In this document: positions 45,701 to 58,646 of the stretch, piece after piece
How positions within the stretch are numbered: the stretch's first letter is position 1
Layout of the letters: the number at the start of each line of letters is the position of its first letter
NCBI GenBank assembly: GCA_002633005.1
Contig: NMRA01000026.1
Location: 829,073 to 893,072 of the forward strand
Source of the DNA: Phoronis australis
Lineage: Eukaryota; Animalia; Phoronida
DNA: 64,000 bases
Direction of reading: 5' to 3'
Notes under the pieces: generated by a model
Database searches by the model: none
Told to the model about the DNA's origin: nothing
What the model saw: only the letters and a program-made list of their open reading frames with translations
Position numbers and translations under genes: made by a program

Positions 45701-48700
45701 TTTTAGAAAAAGATCGATGATCACGAAGAGCGCAACGACGCTGGGCTTCCGAGACGGTGGTTTAGCAATGTGAATTACAATTCAAGTAACGAGTTATTGT
45801 CTTGGGTCATGGACTCACTTCAAAATATAATACTTGAACGTTTTTGTCACTTTATTTTCTTCCCATGTTTGCAAAGTTTAAGAACGCCGCCGGCGTCAAA
45901 ACCTCCGCTTTCAGCGACTTTGTCTGCCGCGCTGAGTTTCNTAGCCATTTCTACACTATATTTTCAACACCCTTTTTCTGAGTCTCAACTCACATTTGAT
46001 AAATGCCGAATACACTGAGTATTATTTCTTTAAATTAGTAGCTTATTTATAGAAAAATAATCCAAATGGTTCCACTTTGAAGTGGTATATGTCCTAAATG
46101 ATGGTTGGCTTATACTCCTTATTCAAGCAAGGGCCCCTTAAACAGTGACCCCTCAAACAATGACCCTTCAATCAATGATGTAGTATGAGACCTTCAAATT
46201 ATCTTATTATTGTAAAAACGGCCGACATAAATAATGGAACATATGAGGTACATAACACATTGGGAATTCTTCCTAAATCACTGCAAACGATAACGGTTTG
46301 ATATGAGGTCATCACTGTTTATGTAGCGCATCTCTGACAGCGCAGAAGACACTAGTGACGTTTGGTTTTCAAGTTTTCATTTTAACTGGGTGATAAAAAA
46401 CCAAAAACTCGGTTAAGTTACAAAATATCGATGTCTTCATTGCATTTTGTGTCTTTATTCAATTGTTATTGGCTAATTATCCCAGTTCTCAGTAATTTGC
46501 TCCATGTTCCATGACACCTGATTGAAATATCCGCTGATACCTGACATTTAAAATCAGGGTCATCACTGATACGTCTTCATGTCGATGTCACGGTTGTTAC
46601 GGCGTCCCATATTAAAAACAACACAAAACTTGAAGCTGAATTTCGCCTTGTTTAGCTGGCTTAGACCAAAAATCGAATTACACCTTTTATGGTAGGCCTA
46701 CTGTTTTAAGACTGGTTTTATAATATTCCTTAGGATTTTGTTTCCGTAACCAACAAGAACATCAAAACCGTCAGCTACTTAAAATGTTTCAGAGTTTATT
46801 GAAGATGGCCAAACCTAAAACTGAGAATTCGAAAATAGTGCCCCTCTGCATTGCCTAGCCGCCGGAAAAATTTAATTTTCATTTTTTAGCCAGCGTAATA
46901 GAGCGAAATGCAGTGGTAACATTAGGTAGGGGGTCCAGCAGCTTATTAGTTACACTTTATACAAAATACAAACTACCTTACAGTGTAAAAAATATGACAA
47001 AATTATTCCACTTGCAATTACAATAACTCTGGTGATCTTCCAAAGTACCAGGTTAAATCTTATACACCACCACACAAAAATCGGGAATGCAATATTTATG
47101 TTTTGTCATAAAATCGCAGATAGTATATTGCTTGGATAATCTTAAAGCGCATCATTTGATTTCTTTATCATTTCTGTGGACAGTATCAGGGAATTGCTTG
47201 AGAGAGAGGAAAATGTGTACCTAGCTATGAGGAAATTCTGCCTTTTTGTAAGAGTTGAAAAAACTATTGACAGAAATTACACAAGTGCGTGCCTTTTTGA
47301 ATAGAGATGCGCAAATTTCCAAAATGGTGCAAACCACAGCCTAGGATCCAATCTTTTCACTGGAAATCACATTCAAAATTATTTTTAGCATTTTCTGTTC
47401 TACTTTTTGTGCGAACTGAAGATAACTGTCGATTATTCTATGCTCAAGAACATAATAGCTTAGGTTGACAGCATGGTAGTTTGCACTTAATGACCCCAAC
47501 ATCAAACCGAAAGTTTCAAGTCTGAATTTAAAATTTTGAGTTTTTACACGAAATATCAAGATTTTACTCCAGTTTGAATCACACATATAGGGGTTATCAA
47601 GACTAACATTGGATTAGCTACTCATATGCATAAACCACAATAGGCTGCAGCACAGACTAATAGCCAATTAGCTTGAGTTCGGTCAAGAACAGAATATGAC
47701 AAAAATAATTTCGAGTACAAAGATTATACCCCAGCCCCTGAACCAAATACACTTTCTGACCTTATTTTCAGCCTTAGTTTGAAGTTTGAAAAATAGAAAA
47801 CTAACGCTTTTCGCAATTATTTTTGTGCTGAAGAACAATACAAGACACCATGGCAGACAGTAAAATTAACAGACTTCAAGACGAATGAACCAGAACAAAA
47901 TTAAAAAGGTTTTGTTCAATCAAACCTAAAGAAATAGACAGAATAATGTAACAAATGATTTTTATTGTTAAAGCTCAGCTATGAGTCACCACTTATGGCC
48001 CATAATTTGATATTTTTGTACACACATGCTTTAGTATAGTGTACCAAAGTTTGTGATCTAATAAAATGCAACTTCCAAAATTTTGTACACTGGATATTAA
48101 GTTAGTTTCGCGGAAATTTTTGCATAGAACATCTGTCATCAAACCATTTAGGCCCATAAGTTAACATTCAGTGTGTACTATTTAGTAACATATTGACAAA
48201 AAACATAAAAGCAGGCGATGAAGTGAGGAGAACTTCCAATACTTCTGCTCTGTTTGAGAGACAACATAATTCATTCAGGGCACTCTATTTAGTGATTAAA
48301 AAATTCATCAGACTAATAAATTTCCTAGAAACAAATCAATTTGTTGCTGAATGTTCTAAGGTTATAGAAGTGGGTGATTTGTCAGCTTGGCTGGTGCCTT
48401 GTTATAAGTGCCGGCCACACACAGACTTACCATAGAACAAGTTATTCCTGGAAGGAGTTGTTGTAGGACTGTCTGCACACTATTTAAACAAGCGTGACAA
48501 CTTACTCCACCTCATCAAGCTAGGGCAATTTCTTCAAGGATATCATACGCCACTTCTTTCCTGTGTGGCCGCAAACCAAGGCCAAGGCGGAAGTAATTAT
48601 CAGCTGCAGTTATACACAGACGGGCTTTCTTTTGCACTCCATAGATCCACAAGCTGTTTATTATCACGCACAGAGTGACAATTTTTACCTTACCCTAGTT

Positions 48701-51700
48701 ATCAGATGCGTGTGCGTGGACGCCCCCCTTGAAAGTGGGGTAAGGTGCACCGGTGCAAGTTGTTCTAGGGTAGGCTGTATGTGGACGGGACTATAGAGCG
48801 TAATGACCTGTTCTAGCAAGACTCATGCTTTGAGTAAATTTTAACTGATCCAGCAAGAGTTTGAAAAATACACCGTTACACCAAAAAAGCATGGTTGGTA
48901 CCACGATTCACTTTCAAACTATTAGCTGCACTTCCTGCTCAAGGACAAGAAGTCCGTCCCTATCAATTTCACCCAAAGTCTCATTTTTTAATGCTCCACA
49001 AAGCCATGCATGAAACGTTCAGAACACCAGGACATGCTCAGTAGGGCATAATTACCCCCTCGCCCCAAACTGAATGTCCACTGCAACGTCATCTCTCTGA
49101 AAGATTCCCTTCACTTGATTAGAACCTCAACTACAATAGTGCTTAATTCTGGGAAGACATTGACCATTCAATAACCTATTTCCCATGAGTAATCATCCCT
49201 CTTCAAGTTTCAGAATGTATTTTTTAAAAGAATCGATATATATATTGTTAGGGTATATAAATACTATACACAAGGATTTATGCACGATGTGTTCAAAGAG
49301 ATCAATTTTCATGTAATCAAACTCCATTATGGATACTTTGCAACAGATGACTAAGAATTTGGAATTACTCAAGATTATCAGTGATCATGGTAATTGATAT
49401 TAATTTATGAGAAACGTAACCGGGTGTTTAAAATAAATTGCATAAGTCTCTCGGCACAATTAAAAGCTCAATAACCTAGCAAGCACGGAAATATTTAAAC
49501 TACCGTTTGTGTCGATGATTATTCCAGAATGACCAAGCTGTTCATTTTCTTTGTGACATTCTGAAATTGGCCCATCTGTGCTGAAAAGAAGCACCGCAGC
49601 GCCACTAGGTGGTGAACTATGCTAAGCCTTCACAGTCGTATCCGTCATGGCAGACAATGCGAGATTTTGCACACATGATCTTGGCAAATTCACAAAAAAT
49701 CACGCTACGAAATGTTACCATTACCCCGGTTACTTCTCACTTGCGAGATTTGGCGTGGGGCAGCGTGGTCTCGCCAAATTCACAAAATGTGCTTTACGGA
49801 ACGTTGCCGTGACCCAGTCGCTTCTCTACTCAATGCTGTGATAATAACGATTGACACAAGCCATAGTAGAACAGTACTCAGGCCTATATTGCAACAATCA
49901 AAGCTAGAACACTTAATCCAATTTGTGTCATCAACCATCAACAGCTTTCACTTTTTCTTGTGGTGTAATCACATTTGGCTAAGAGACCATTAAAATTAAG
50001 ATGACAGAGCTTTGACTGGCTAGTTGCAGTCATAGACTCGCAGACCGACAGGATTTTGGTTGCAGTGAGCAAAGAGCATGAAATGGTGCAATGTTCTCCG
50101 CAACAGAAAATGAAAATTCAACTACAAAATTCGGAAGTCTTCATCCATACTGTGGGAAGGTTACTTGCAAAAATCAGTGTACTGGAGTAAGGTGGCAACA
50201 GGACTGTCCTGGATTACACAGCAACACTCAAATATCGCTCTGTATTTACCCACAATGTCGCCAACACCCATCAGGATCATTTGCTGCCTCGTTTTCAAGC
50301 CACTGGAGTTTCACATGTTATTTGTTGTTGTCTGATTCTTTACAAGTTTTTCTTGGTCGCATTACTCTATTCATACTTCTAGTGCCAATGAAGTATTAGG
50401 CCTACTGCTGTGCTGTGGGCTGCAACTTCGACATGATAAAATTTAATAAACTGGACAAATACCCCTGGATGCATGATCTGAAATTCTTTGTCTTTCCGAC
50501 ATCAATGAGAGACACGAAAGTGTGCCTGATTTCCACGAGCTTTCTTATCTCGGGGACAAAGGAGAGTTCTATCGCCGTGTAATGCGGGACAGTCCCATTG
50601 CCTAAGGTGTCCCAGCTTGCTTTAAGATTGTGTAGGATCTTATCCACAAGACTGAGCATTTAGCCAAATACTTACAAAACTACAAACTTTAATTCAGAAA
50701 TAGTAAGTACCGATATGCATATTTTCTGAAAGTGGAATTCAATTCTTATCTTAATATTAATCTGAAATTTATTAGTTCATGTGATCATGTTCTTTTACTA
50801 AAATTTTGCAAAATCGAAAGGTACATTCGCAGCAAACTAACGACATCAGCAACAGGACCAATGTTCAAGATGAAATCCCAAAACCGCTGTTACAGTTTTC
50901 TCCATCATAATTTTATGCAGGTTTTTATGCAGCTTTTGAGTTTTTTCATGAAAATTAGAAAAGTCCTAGTTTTTATAGCCCCTTTTGCAAAACTGGATCA
51001 ATTTAAAAACAATTCTGAACAGCGTTATGGAGAACAACGTCGGACAGTTCCATATAAACCCGAACAGCCATTTGTGAGGTACAATATTCCGATGTTAGCC
51101 AAATTTGGACATTTTTCTAGGGTCCTAAGTCGTAAATTAAATCTTGAAAGAACTGAATAATCTTGTTTGAGTTCCAACTCGTTGCAGTGTTGTTTTTTTC
51201 AAAATCGCCAGACGTACCCCTAACTCTTCATGGCAAAATCCAAACTTGATACTACAGCTAGCCAAAGCAGGTTGTGGAGAACACCGCGTATGTGTTACAC
51301 AAGGAACGTGATGAACACTCAGTGCTATCACATCCAGACTCGTGATACACAAGCCAATATAAACGATGACGAACAAGATAAGTAATTTCAAGTAAGCTAT
51401 CTCCTTTTGAAAAAATATTCGACTAAATAATACGGCATCAGTGCATAGAATCTGAAAAATACACACCAGAACTAATTATGTTATTTTTGGCCTTATCTAT
51501 GTTTTTAAAACTTTGGTTACAAAATATGTAAATACTGGTTATTTGGCAACAAGGGCATCTCTTCCGTTTCAGGCTTAACAGGCTAAAAAGGCAGTTGTCC
51601 AAGAATGTCTATCAGTGGGTTAGGTTTACGGAATTAACCCCTGCAAAATGGTGGTATTTCTACAACAAAGCTTAAAATAATGGAGACCTTTTTATGGAAT

Positions 51701-54226
51701 TTCCCTACAAATGGGATCCACGTTTTCAAGACCACTCCCTAAATGGGTTTTCAGTTGCATTGCTGAAGAATTCAAGAACAGCCGGCTTTTTCTGGAGCAT
51801 TCTGATTTTTAAGCCAATTTGCGTAATATAAGAGATGTTTTGGAACTCAATCACTAAAATTCAGTTAATCAACTTTAACAGTTGACATTTCAGTAAAAAA
51901 AACATTTTGCTGATCTTAAATGCTGTTCACACATTGTTATGTCAACCATTCATACTGTTACTATTAATAGAAACACTTCTGGTACACACATTCAACAGAA
52001 TCAGGTGAGAATGTTACCTTCTTTTTTGAAGGCATTTTTATCAATTTGGCATATTTTACTTACCAAGCTCATGCAGGTCACCACCCATGACACTTAAAGC
52101 GACAATAAACCCAAATTCCGCCGAAGAAACTACCTTTTACCTCAACTTATATTCCTTACGCAGATGAGAGGTGATTTTTGGTCTGGCACAAACTGGGAAC
52201 TTGTTATTGCTAAAGACCAGGCTCCACGAGTAAAAGGACACGCCATGACAAGTCAACGTGCGCAGCGTTATGTTAACCAATAATGAACTGTAAATTCTTT
52301 CCGAACCCAAAACTGACATCTATTGTGACTAAGGAACAACTTGATACCAATTTCGTAACGGTAAGTGATCTAAATCAAAAGGTTTTTGTGATAGAATACG
52401 GTTTAAATTCGGGAACTCGAAAATAAGGAGGGAGAGGGTAAAGCCACGCACGGCTGCTCAAAACAAAATTTGAGAATTTGGAGGTCAGGGCACTCCCTCA
52501 AATTACAACATTGGTAAATTGTAGCGTTCGCACACAGTAAGTTCAGTGGCGTGACCATGCCTTTATGCAGAGTACCTTTAAATTTTCCGAAGCAAACCTT
52601 AAGCAGGGTGGATCTCCCAAACAATATGTAACTCAACTTTGAGTACAGTAATATTTCCTTACAACCAAATGGATAACAAGCAACGTATAATTTTCATATT
52701 CAGAGAATGATGAAATATCTAGAACGGTTGGCTATCCAAACAGGCCAACGTTTGGAAATTTGAGAATGCTGTCAGCATGTTTGGCGTTTGTTCGGAGTTC
52801 AAGAAAAGATACTAAATTCTAAAATTTTCTTTCTCATTCTTAAGATTCACGTCACATTTCTTCCTTAATACCTGTCCAACATGTCCACGCGCATGCATTT
52901 TCATATCAACACCTGCTCTCTCTGCAAGGTATGCCAGTTACATTCCGAAAATATTTGCTATTGTTGTGATTATGTATGTTGTCGCATTAACGAACTAGAC
53001 ATCCGAAAACAGAAATATTTTTGGGAATGCGATCTCGGAATTGAGCATTAGTACATTGTCACTGAGGAACACCAGATGTCATTAAGCTCCTACTATGTCA
53101 GTAATGTTGATTATTGCATCAGCGTGTATTTAGGCCCACATCAATATATTTTCGTAGCTGGGCTTACATTCAGAATTAGGCGCATGTGTCTGTAAACCTT
53201 CCTCTCAAGCAAAATCATTATGGAAAGCAGCAAAGGGTTAACTTCAGGAGTTAGCTTTCCATATTTGAGCAAGGAAAATACCCAAATTAAATGGTCATTT
53301 TGGCTCGGCTTGATAGAATCGCTCGTAAACACCCATCCAGGCTTCTCAAAAATTCTGTTTTTACACTCCCATACTCTGATTAACCCTCACCCAATTTCCC
53401 AACTCAAGCCTTGGGTATTTATATAATGGGAGATGACTACAGTACTTTTATTGGTAAATATAGAAAGAAGTGTTCTTAAAAAGAGGTAAGTGTAAGTGAA
53501 GTACAATAAATAGTGCAATGACCCATGAAGTCCTTCCAGGATCCATTCACTGCTAAATTGCTCTACCCAAATGAAAAGAGCAAAGAATGCTCCAGGTCTA
53601 AGCCACCTACCTGCTTGGAAAGGTGTTTTCATTTGACATTGTTATGTAAACATAATTTTCACCATAGCACCTCAGTGATATCATCTTACATTTACTGGAG
53701 AAAATGGTAACAATGACACGACGTTAACTGCACTGTGTCTTGCACAACTCATGACGTCAAAATTCCTGAATGCATTGTTCCATGATTTTTCTTAAAATTC
53801 AGATTACCGGGTAACTAGATTTTGATCTTGTTTCATAAAATACATCATTTGGATAACAATCTGACAAAAATCACCTGACTGACTAAACTAAAAAGATGAA
53901 TGAATCCAAATATCTGTACTATAATTATTGTTCAGGTGATCCACCTCATTCACATGTCACTACCATTAATTGCGAATCCCGACTATACCCTGTCGATAAC
54001 TCCGATGGCATCGAAATTAAGTGTTCCCATTGTAGCAAAGCATCAATACTTCGCTGTTACGTAAATCCACTTTACTTTGGAGTTAACTTGTGCTGTTAAC
54101 TTTGATTCAAAACCAAAGTTAAGTGTTCCCATTGAGGATTCCGGATGCAGTGGGAAAGGCCTTTTAAACTTGCTGTGGTTTTGCTACCAAAAGATATCTC
54201 TTCTGCTTCAGATGATAATGCTGATA

Positions 54227-55609
54227 CCGTATTCGTCGTAATAACTGCCCAGGGCGCTTAGAAAAGTTCGGTTCAGGGGGGCGCTTATTATAACCCAAGG
54301 CTGTTGAAACCCGGTCTCCGAAACGGGTGAAATCGTAAGCTAAGATTTATCAAATTTACGCTCTGTGACGCATGTAATCTATGAAAGACTTTCAACAAAA
54401 CTGTGGTGCATTGCTATCAAACTTTGCTGCTAAATTACGATCATTTTACAGAAAATTGTGCTGAAATCCCAGGGCGAAAACTCGCCAACTGACTGCTTCG
54501 AAATCGCCGTCGATATGGCGACTTCAATGCTTGAATAAAAATGGTTTCTATAAAGTACCTGAAATCCTCATTAAATTTTATAAGTAGCGTCCCTAAGGTT
54601 TTTAAGTTCCTGTGGAGTCTGGATTAACGGCAGGTTTAAGTATAAATCTGTGCAACATCGTGCCATCTACATGTATGATTGGCAACACGGCGAGAAAAAT
54701 GTCTGGTCGAACACACATGTTGTTCTCACGTGACGTTTGTTTTGAAATTCGTCTGCGAGTAAGCGAGCGCGTGCGTGTCATCAGAGTTCATTTGCCAAAG
54801 CAGAGACCGTCTTTCGGCCAGAGCCACGCAATCTAACTAGCTAGATGTGTCTAAAGAAATTTGCACAAGCAGTAGACCTAAACCAGAGCGTGTTTCATTC
54901 AGCACTTGCCGGTCTCGTGCTAAAAACTTTCGACATTTGTCTCGGCAAGGCCCATATTAGTCGCCGTGTAGCTGGATGCGTACGTAACTATCTGACAGTT
55001 ATTTTTCGGTGTAAGGGCGTGTAAGCATTCACTGTCAGTTGTCATTTTATCGGGTATTCGGCTTAATAACACCAATTACGGTTAATCAAACAATCCATTT
55101 CAAAAATAACGCAAACATGTTGATAGTATTAGAAATTGTCGGAAATTAGTTCCAATATTCATTCCTTATCGATGCTATGGTACCCGCTTCATGAATGGAT
55201 AGTTCCCAACTAATGTCTTTGATGACAGGTTATGTAGCGCGCGCTTCCTGGCCACGTGCGTTTAACATCGAGTTACTTTTATTCATGAGACAGTCGATGT
55301 GTCTACTGAAAGGTCAGACCATGGGACACGGTCGTCGCGAGAGCGTAGCAACGCTGTTGCGTTCTTTTTGAAGCGCTGCGTTACTTTGTCACGCCTAAAT
55401 ACAAACGTAGCAGTGCCGCTGGTGGTCTAAAAGACCCGTGCAAAATTTTTTTGATAAATTGAAGACGTTACTGCAGCCGAGTTTTAAGACTGTAGGTATG
55501 TCATTGTTCGCATGTACACGTTCATGGACTGGGCGCTTATTTCAGCAAAGTCTGAAAACGCGTGGGGGGGCACTTATAGGGGCATGGGCGGTTATTACGG
55601 CGAATACGG
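54227..55609. mobile_element. Non-autonomous Tc1/mariner-pogo-type DNA transposon (1383 bp)
   Basis: TA-CCGTATTCGTCGTAATAACTGCCCA ... TGGGCGGTTATTACGGCGAATACGG-TA; TA TSD; no transposase ORF. Confidence 0.85.
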
Positions 55610-55766
55610 TAGTGCAGAGAAAGGAGAATTCTGCTGGTATTTTCTCACCAAGTTAAATCCGGTTTTTGCTAAGTGATGATGTCAACTGCGATGCTAATTT
55701 GAGCTTTCCGATCACCATCGGTAGTTAACAGACATCGGAGATATCGCAATTTGACACTACTATTAA

Positions 55767-56033
55767 TGCGCGCACCCAGCCTTCAATATGGGGGGGCTCG
55801 AATTCTTGGCGATGTGGACCTTTTACTGACAAATTATTCGGTCGACTAAAAAAGAAAAAAAAACAGTACCACTATCGGAGCTGTACGTGCTGTGAATTGT
55901 GCGTTTGCACCTTTTAAGCAGACTTTTATCTCGTTTTCTCGGACTTTTTGTATCTCTGAGGCGGACCTTTTTGCCCACTTTGCCAAACAGGGGGGCTCGT
56001 TTGTGCCCCCGAGGCCCCCCCTGGGTGCGCGCA
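55767..56033. mobile_element. MITE with GCGCGCACCCAG termini (hAT-like)
   Basis: tgcgcgcacccag ... ctgggtgcgcgca; G-run subterminal motifs. Confidence 0.6.
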
Positions 56034-57091
56034 AGCTATTGAAGTTACCACAAGATGGCGTAAGATGACCATAGTCACAGCAGTGATCCTTGCTGATAAC
56101 CTCGATGGTCAACAAAGTTAAGCATTCCAATTGTAGCAACGCACCGACGCCTTGCTATTCAATCCAGCTCCTCCCTTTTAAGTCAACTCAAGCTCTTCCG
56201 TTCAATCCAAAACTGCAGTTAAGCATTCCCACAGACTAAAAGGTCACCTAATCATAGAGATGTCGACGTTATTGGTAAAGTCCTTTATATCGTTCATCAA
56301 AGCTCAGCAACCTAGCAAACAATACGGGTACTCGAGACTCAAAATTGAACAACTATGAGGCACAATTTACGTAAACTTTCAAATTTTAAGAATTAATATA
56401 ATACCAAATTTAAATTAAATAAATGGTCCTTGCTTCTGACAGAGGGAAAGTTGAAATCCCTTCTTCTATCAAAGTTGGAAACAATCAACAGCGACTTGTC
56501 CGAGAGAACAGGTGGATGTCCCGGAAAGTGCCAACAAATCAATTAGGTGTGCTTTAAAATCGCTACCAGGGTCTCCGTCAACAATTTCCGGTACCGTGTT
56601 TATATTTTATGTAAACAATTTCTTCAAATATTCACCATTCATTTCTACTTCTCAAAAAAATCAATTCATTTCTGAAGAAAACACGAGCTTGACTCTTCAT
56701 ATTAAAACAATTTTTCAAACTTCAATGATCACGCCAACAATTACTCATGACATCGATCACAGTTGATTATCCAAGCGAATGAGAAGCTCAAGTAAACTAG
56801 GCACCATGCATCTCTAGTGTCCGATTCCTAGAAGCAAAAGGCTGCAGGCTCCGATCTTATCCATTTGTTCACACTAGTACACACTGCCCATTGAAGCATG
56901 GCTCAATTCATACTTAGCTTTAGCTCGTCTGGACAACAGGAGCAACTTTAGACTCTGCCTCCAGACAAGGAGTAACTAGTCGGTCAAAAGACATTGAGAG
57001 CACGCCTGTGTAGGTGGTAAACTCAACTTCTTTTCCCACTGCCTCCAAAGTTTCAGTATTACCCAAGCTTCGGTATTACCAAAGCTTTGGT

Positions 57092-57480
57092 CAGTGGGAA
57101 CACTTAACTTTGGTCTTCTATCGAAGTTTACAGCGCTAGTTAACTCTGAAGTTTAGAGGTAGATTTAAGAGCGAAGCATCGACGCTTCAGTGTAATGAGA
57201 ACACCTAACTTCGATGTCATCGGAGTTATTGGCAGGTGTCACTGCGTTCACCAACAGCGGGCAGGGTAGCTGGTTAATATTTGTTGATTTTTTGTTCCAA
57301 TGTTTGTTATTTTGGCAGTATAAGCATTCCGTTTCATGTGCTCACTGGATTCTTTCATTAAAAAATAAAAAATACAAAATAATTTAACAAATTCTGTATA
57401 AAAAATAATAAAAAAACACTGAATGTTTTGTGTACGCAACACGAAATACTGGTGGTTCTTAAATGTAAATTTCACCAATT
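57092..57480. mobile_element. Diverged Harbinger-like family (GGGAACACTTAACTT motif)
   Basis: Aligns by eye with 59548-59860; reverse pieces at about 53960-54165 and 60730-60910; distant similarity to 36270-36450. Confidence 0.55.
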
Positions 57481-57834
57481 TAAGCTTTGTCACCCACGGG
57501 CAGGGATCGAAATTTCCCTACATTATCAGTGGCAGTCACTGGCTTAGTCGCCGATATATCTTCGCAGAGAGAACTTTATGGAACAGGATGTCCATTGCCC
57601 ATCAATTGACATTTCAAAAGGTGCATTGGCACGTCCTACCGCACAGCAGTGGAAATTCGTCACCATTATACCAGGAAAGGTGTTAAAACGCTGTTTGTAC
57701 AACTAGATTGAAACCTCCGTCGGCATTACATGGGGGATCTGTAGGTGGCGCTAAACACCTGTCTACCAAAAACCTGATTGCTGTCTGACGGGTTAGAGAA
57801 TTTCAACATGGCGCGGCTATTTAAAAGTCAGCTA

Positions 57835-58646
57835 TTGAACCCAATCTCGAGCAGTAATGAACTGTCAGTTTTTTCCAAGGCATGAAATTACTTTTAATCT
57901 GATTATGGAACAAACTGAGATCAATCTCTTAACGGCCAGACATCTAAATCAGAAAGCTAATGTTATGACACTGGGGGCAGAATTAGAACACCTTTAAATA
58001 TCTTTACGGTGAATGTTCCAAATTTTAAAATGGCTAAACTTAAAATGAATTGATACTAAATAAATAGTCTGTCAATACAATAATGTGTAATTGGATCCCA
58101 TCATCTATTTTCAACCCTTGTGTGATATTCAACACCAAGTGTTAACACACAATTTGGTACACAATAGCAAAATCGATTTGGACTAAATTGAACACATTTG
58201 TATTATTCTAATTGATCTAAAATGAAGTGGGAATCTAACTTAACCAACATTGTTTGTTACACGCATCAATATTTACCTCAGTCAAAATTGACAACTTCAA
58301 ACAAGAACAAGGCAGGTTTGTGGAGGTAAATCTAACCACAGAATCGATTGTGACCTTAGTCTACACATTGATTCCATTAGAAACAGTACCTCAATCCATA
58401 TCTGAGATGATTTTGAAGAAAATGCTGGGAAGGTTTTTGCAAAAATTTCTTCGAAGTCGCAGCTTTTTAATCAGTGTAATAATGAAGATGGTTTTGCCAG
58501 TTAACAACAGGGGATATAAATGCGCATTCTGTCACAAAAACCAGCTTTCCATTTAGACCATTTGCCGTTATGAAATTGGTCTCAAATTGTTCCACAGTCA
58601 AATTTGAAAGAACTGACAGCTCATTATTGCTTGAGACCCAGCTTAA
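57835..58646. mobile_element. Old TIR element (~810 bp), TTAA at the right end
   Basis: tctcgagcagtaatgaactgtcagttttttc vs gaaagaactgacagctcattattgcttgaga form inverted repeats. Confidence 0.55.

Noticed and set aside
50402-50659. GC-richer 85-aa ORF
   Set aside because: No recognisable domain or consistent splice sites in any frame examined.
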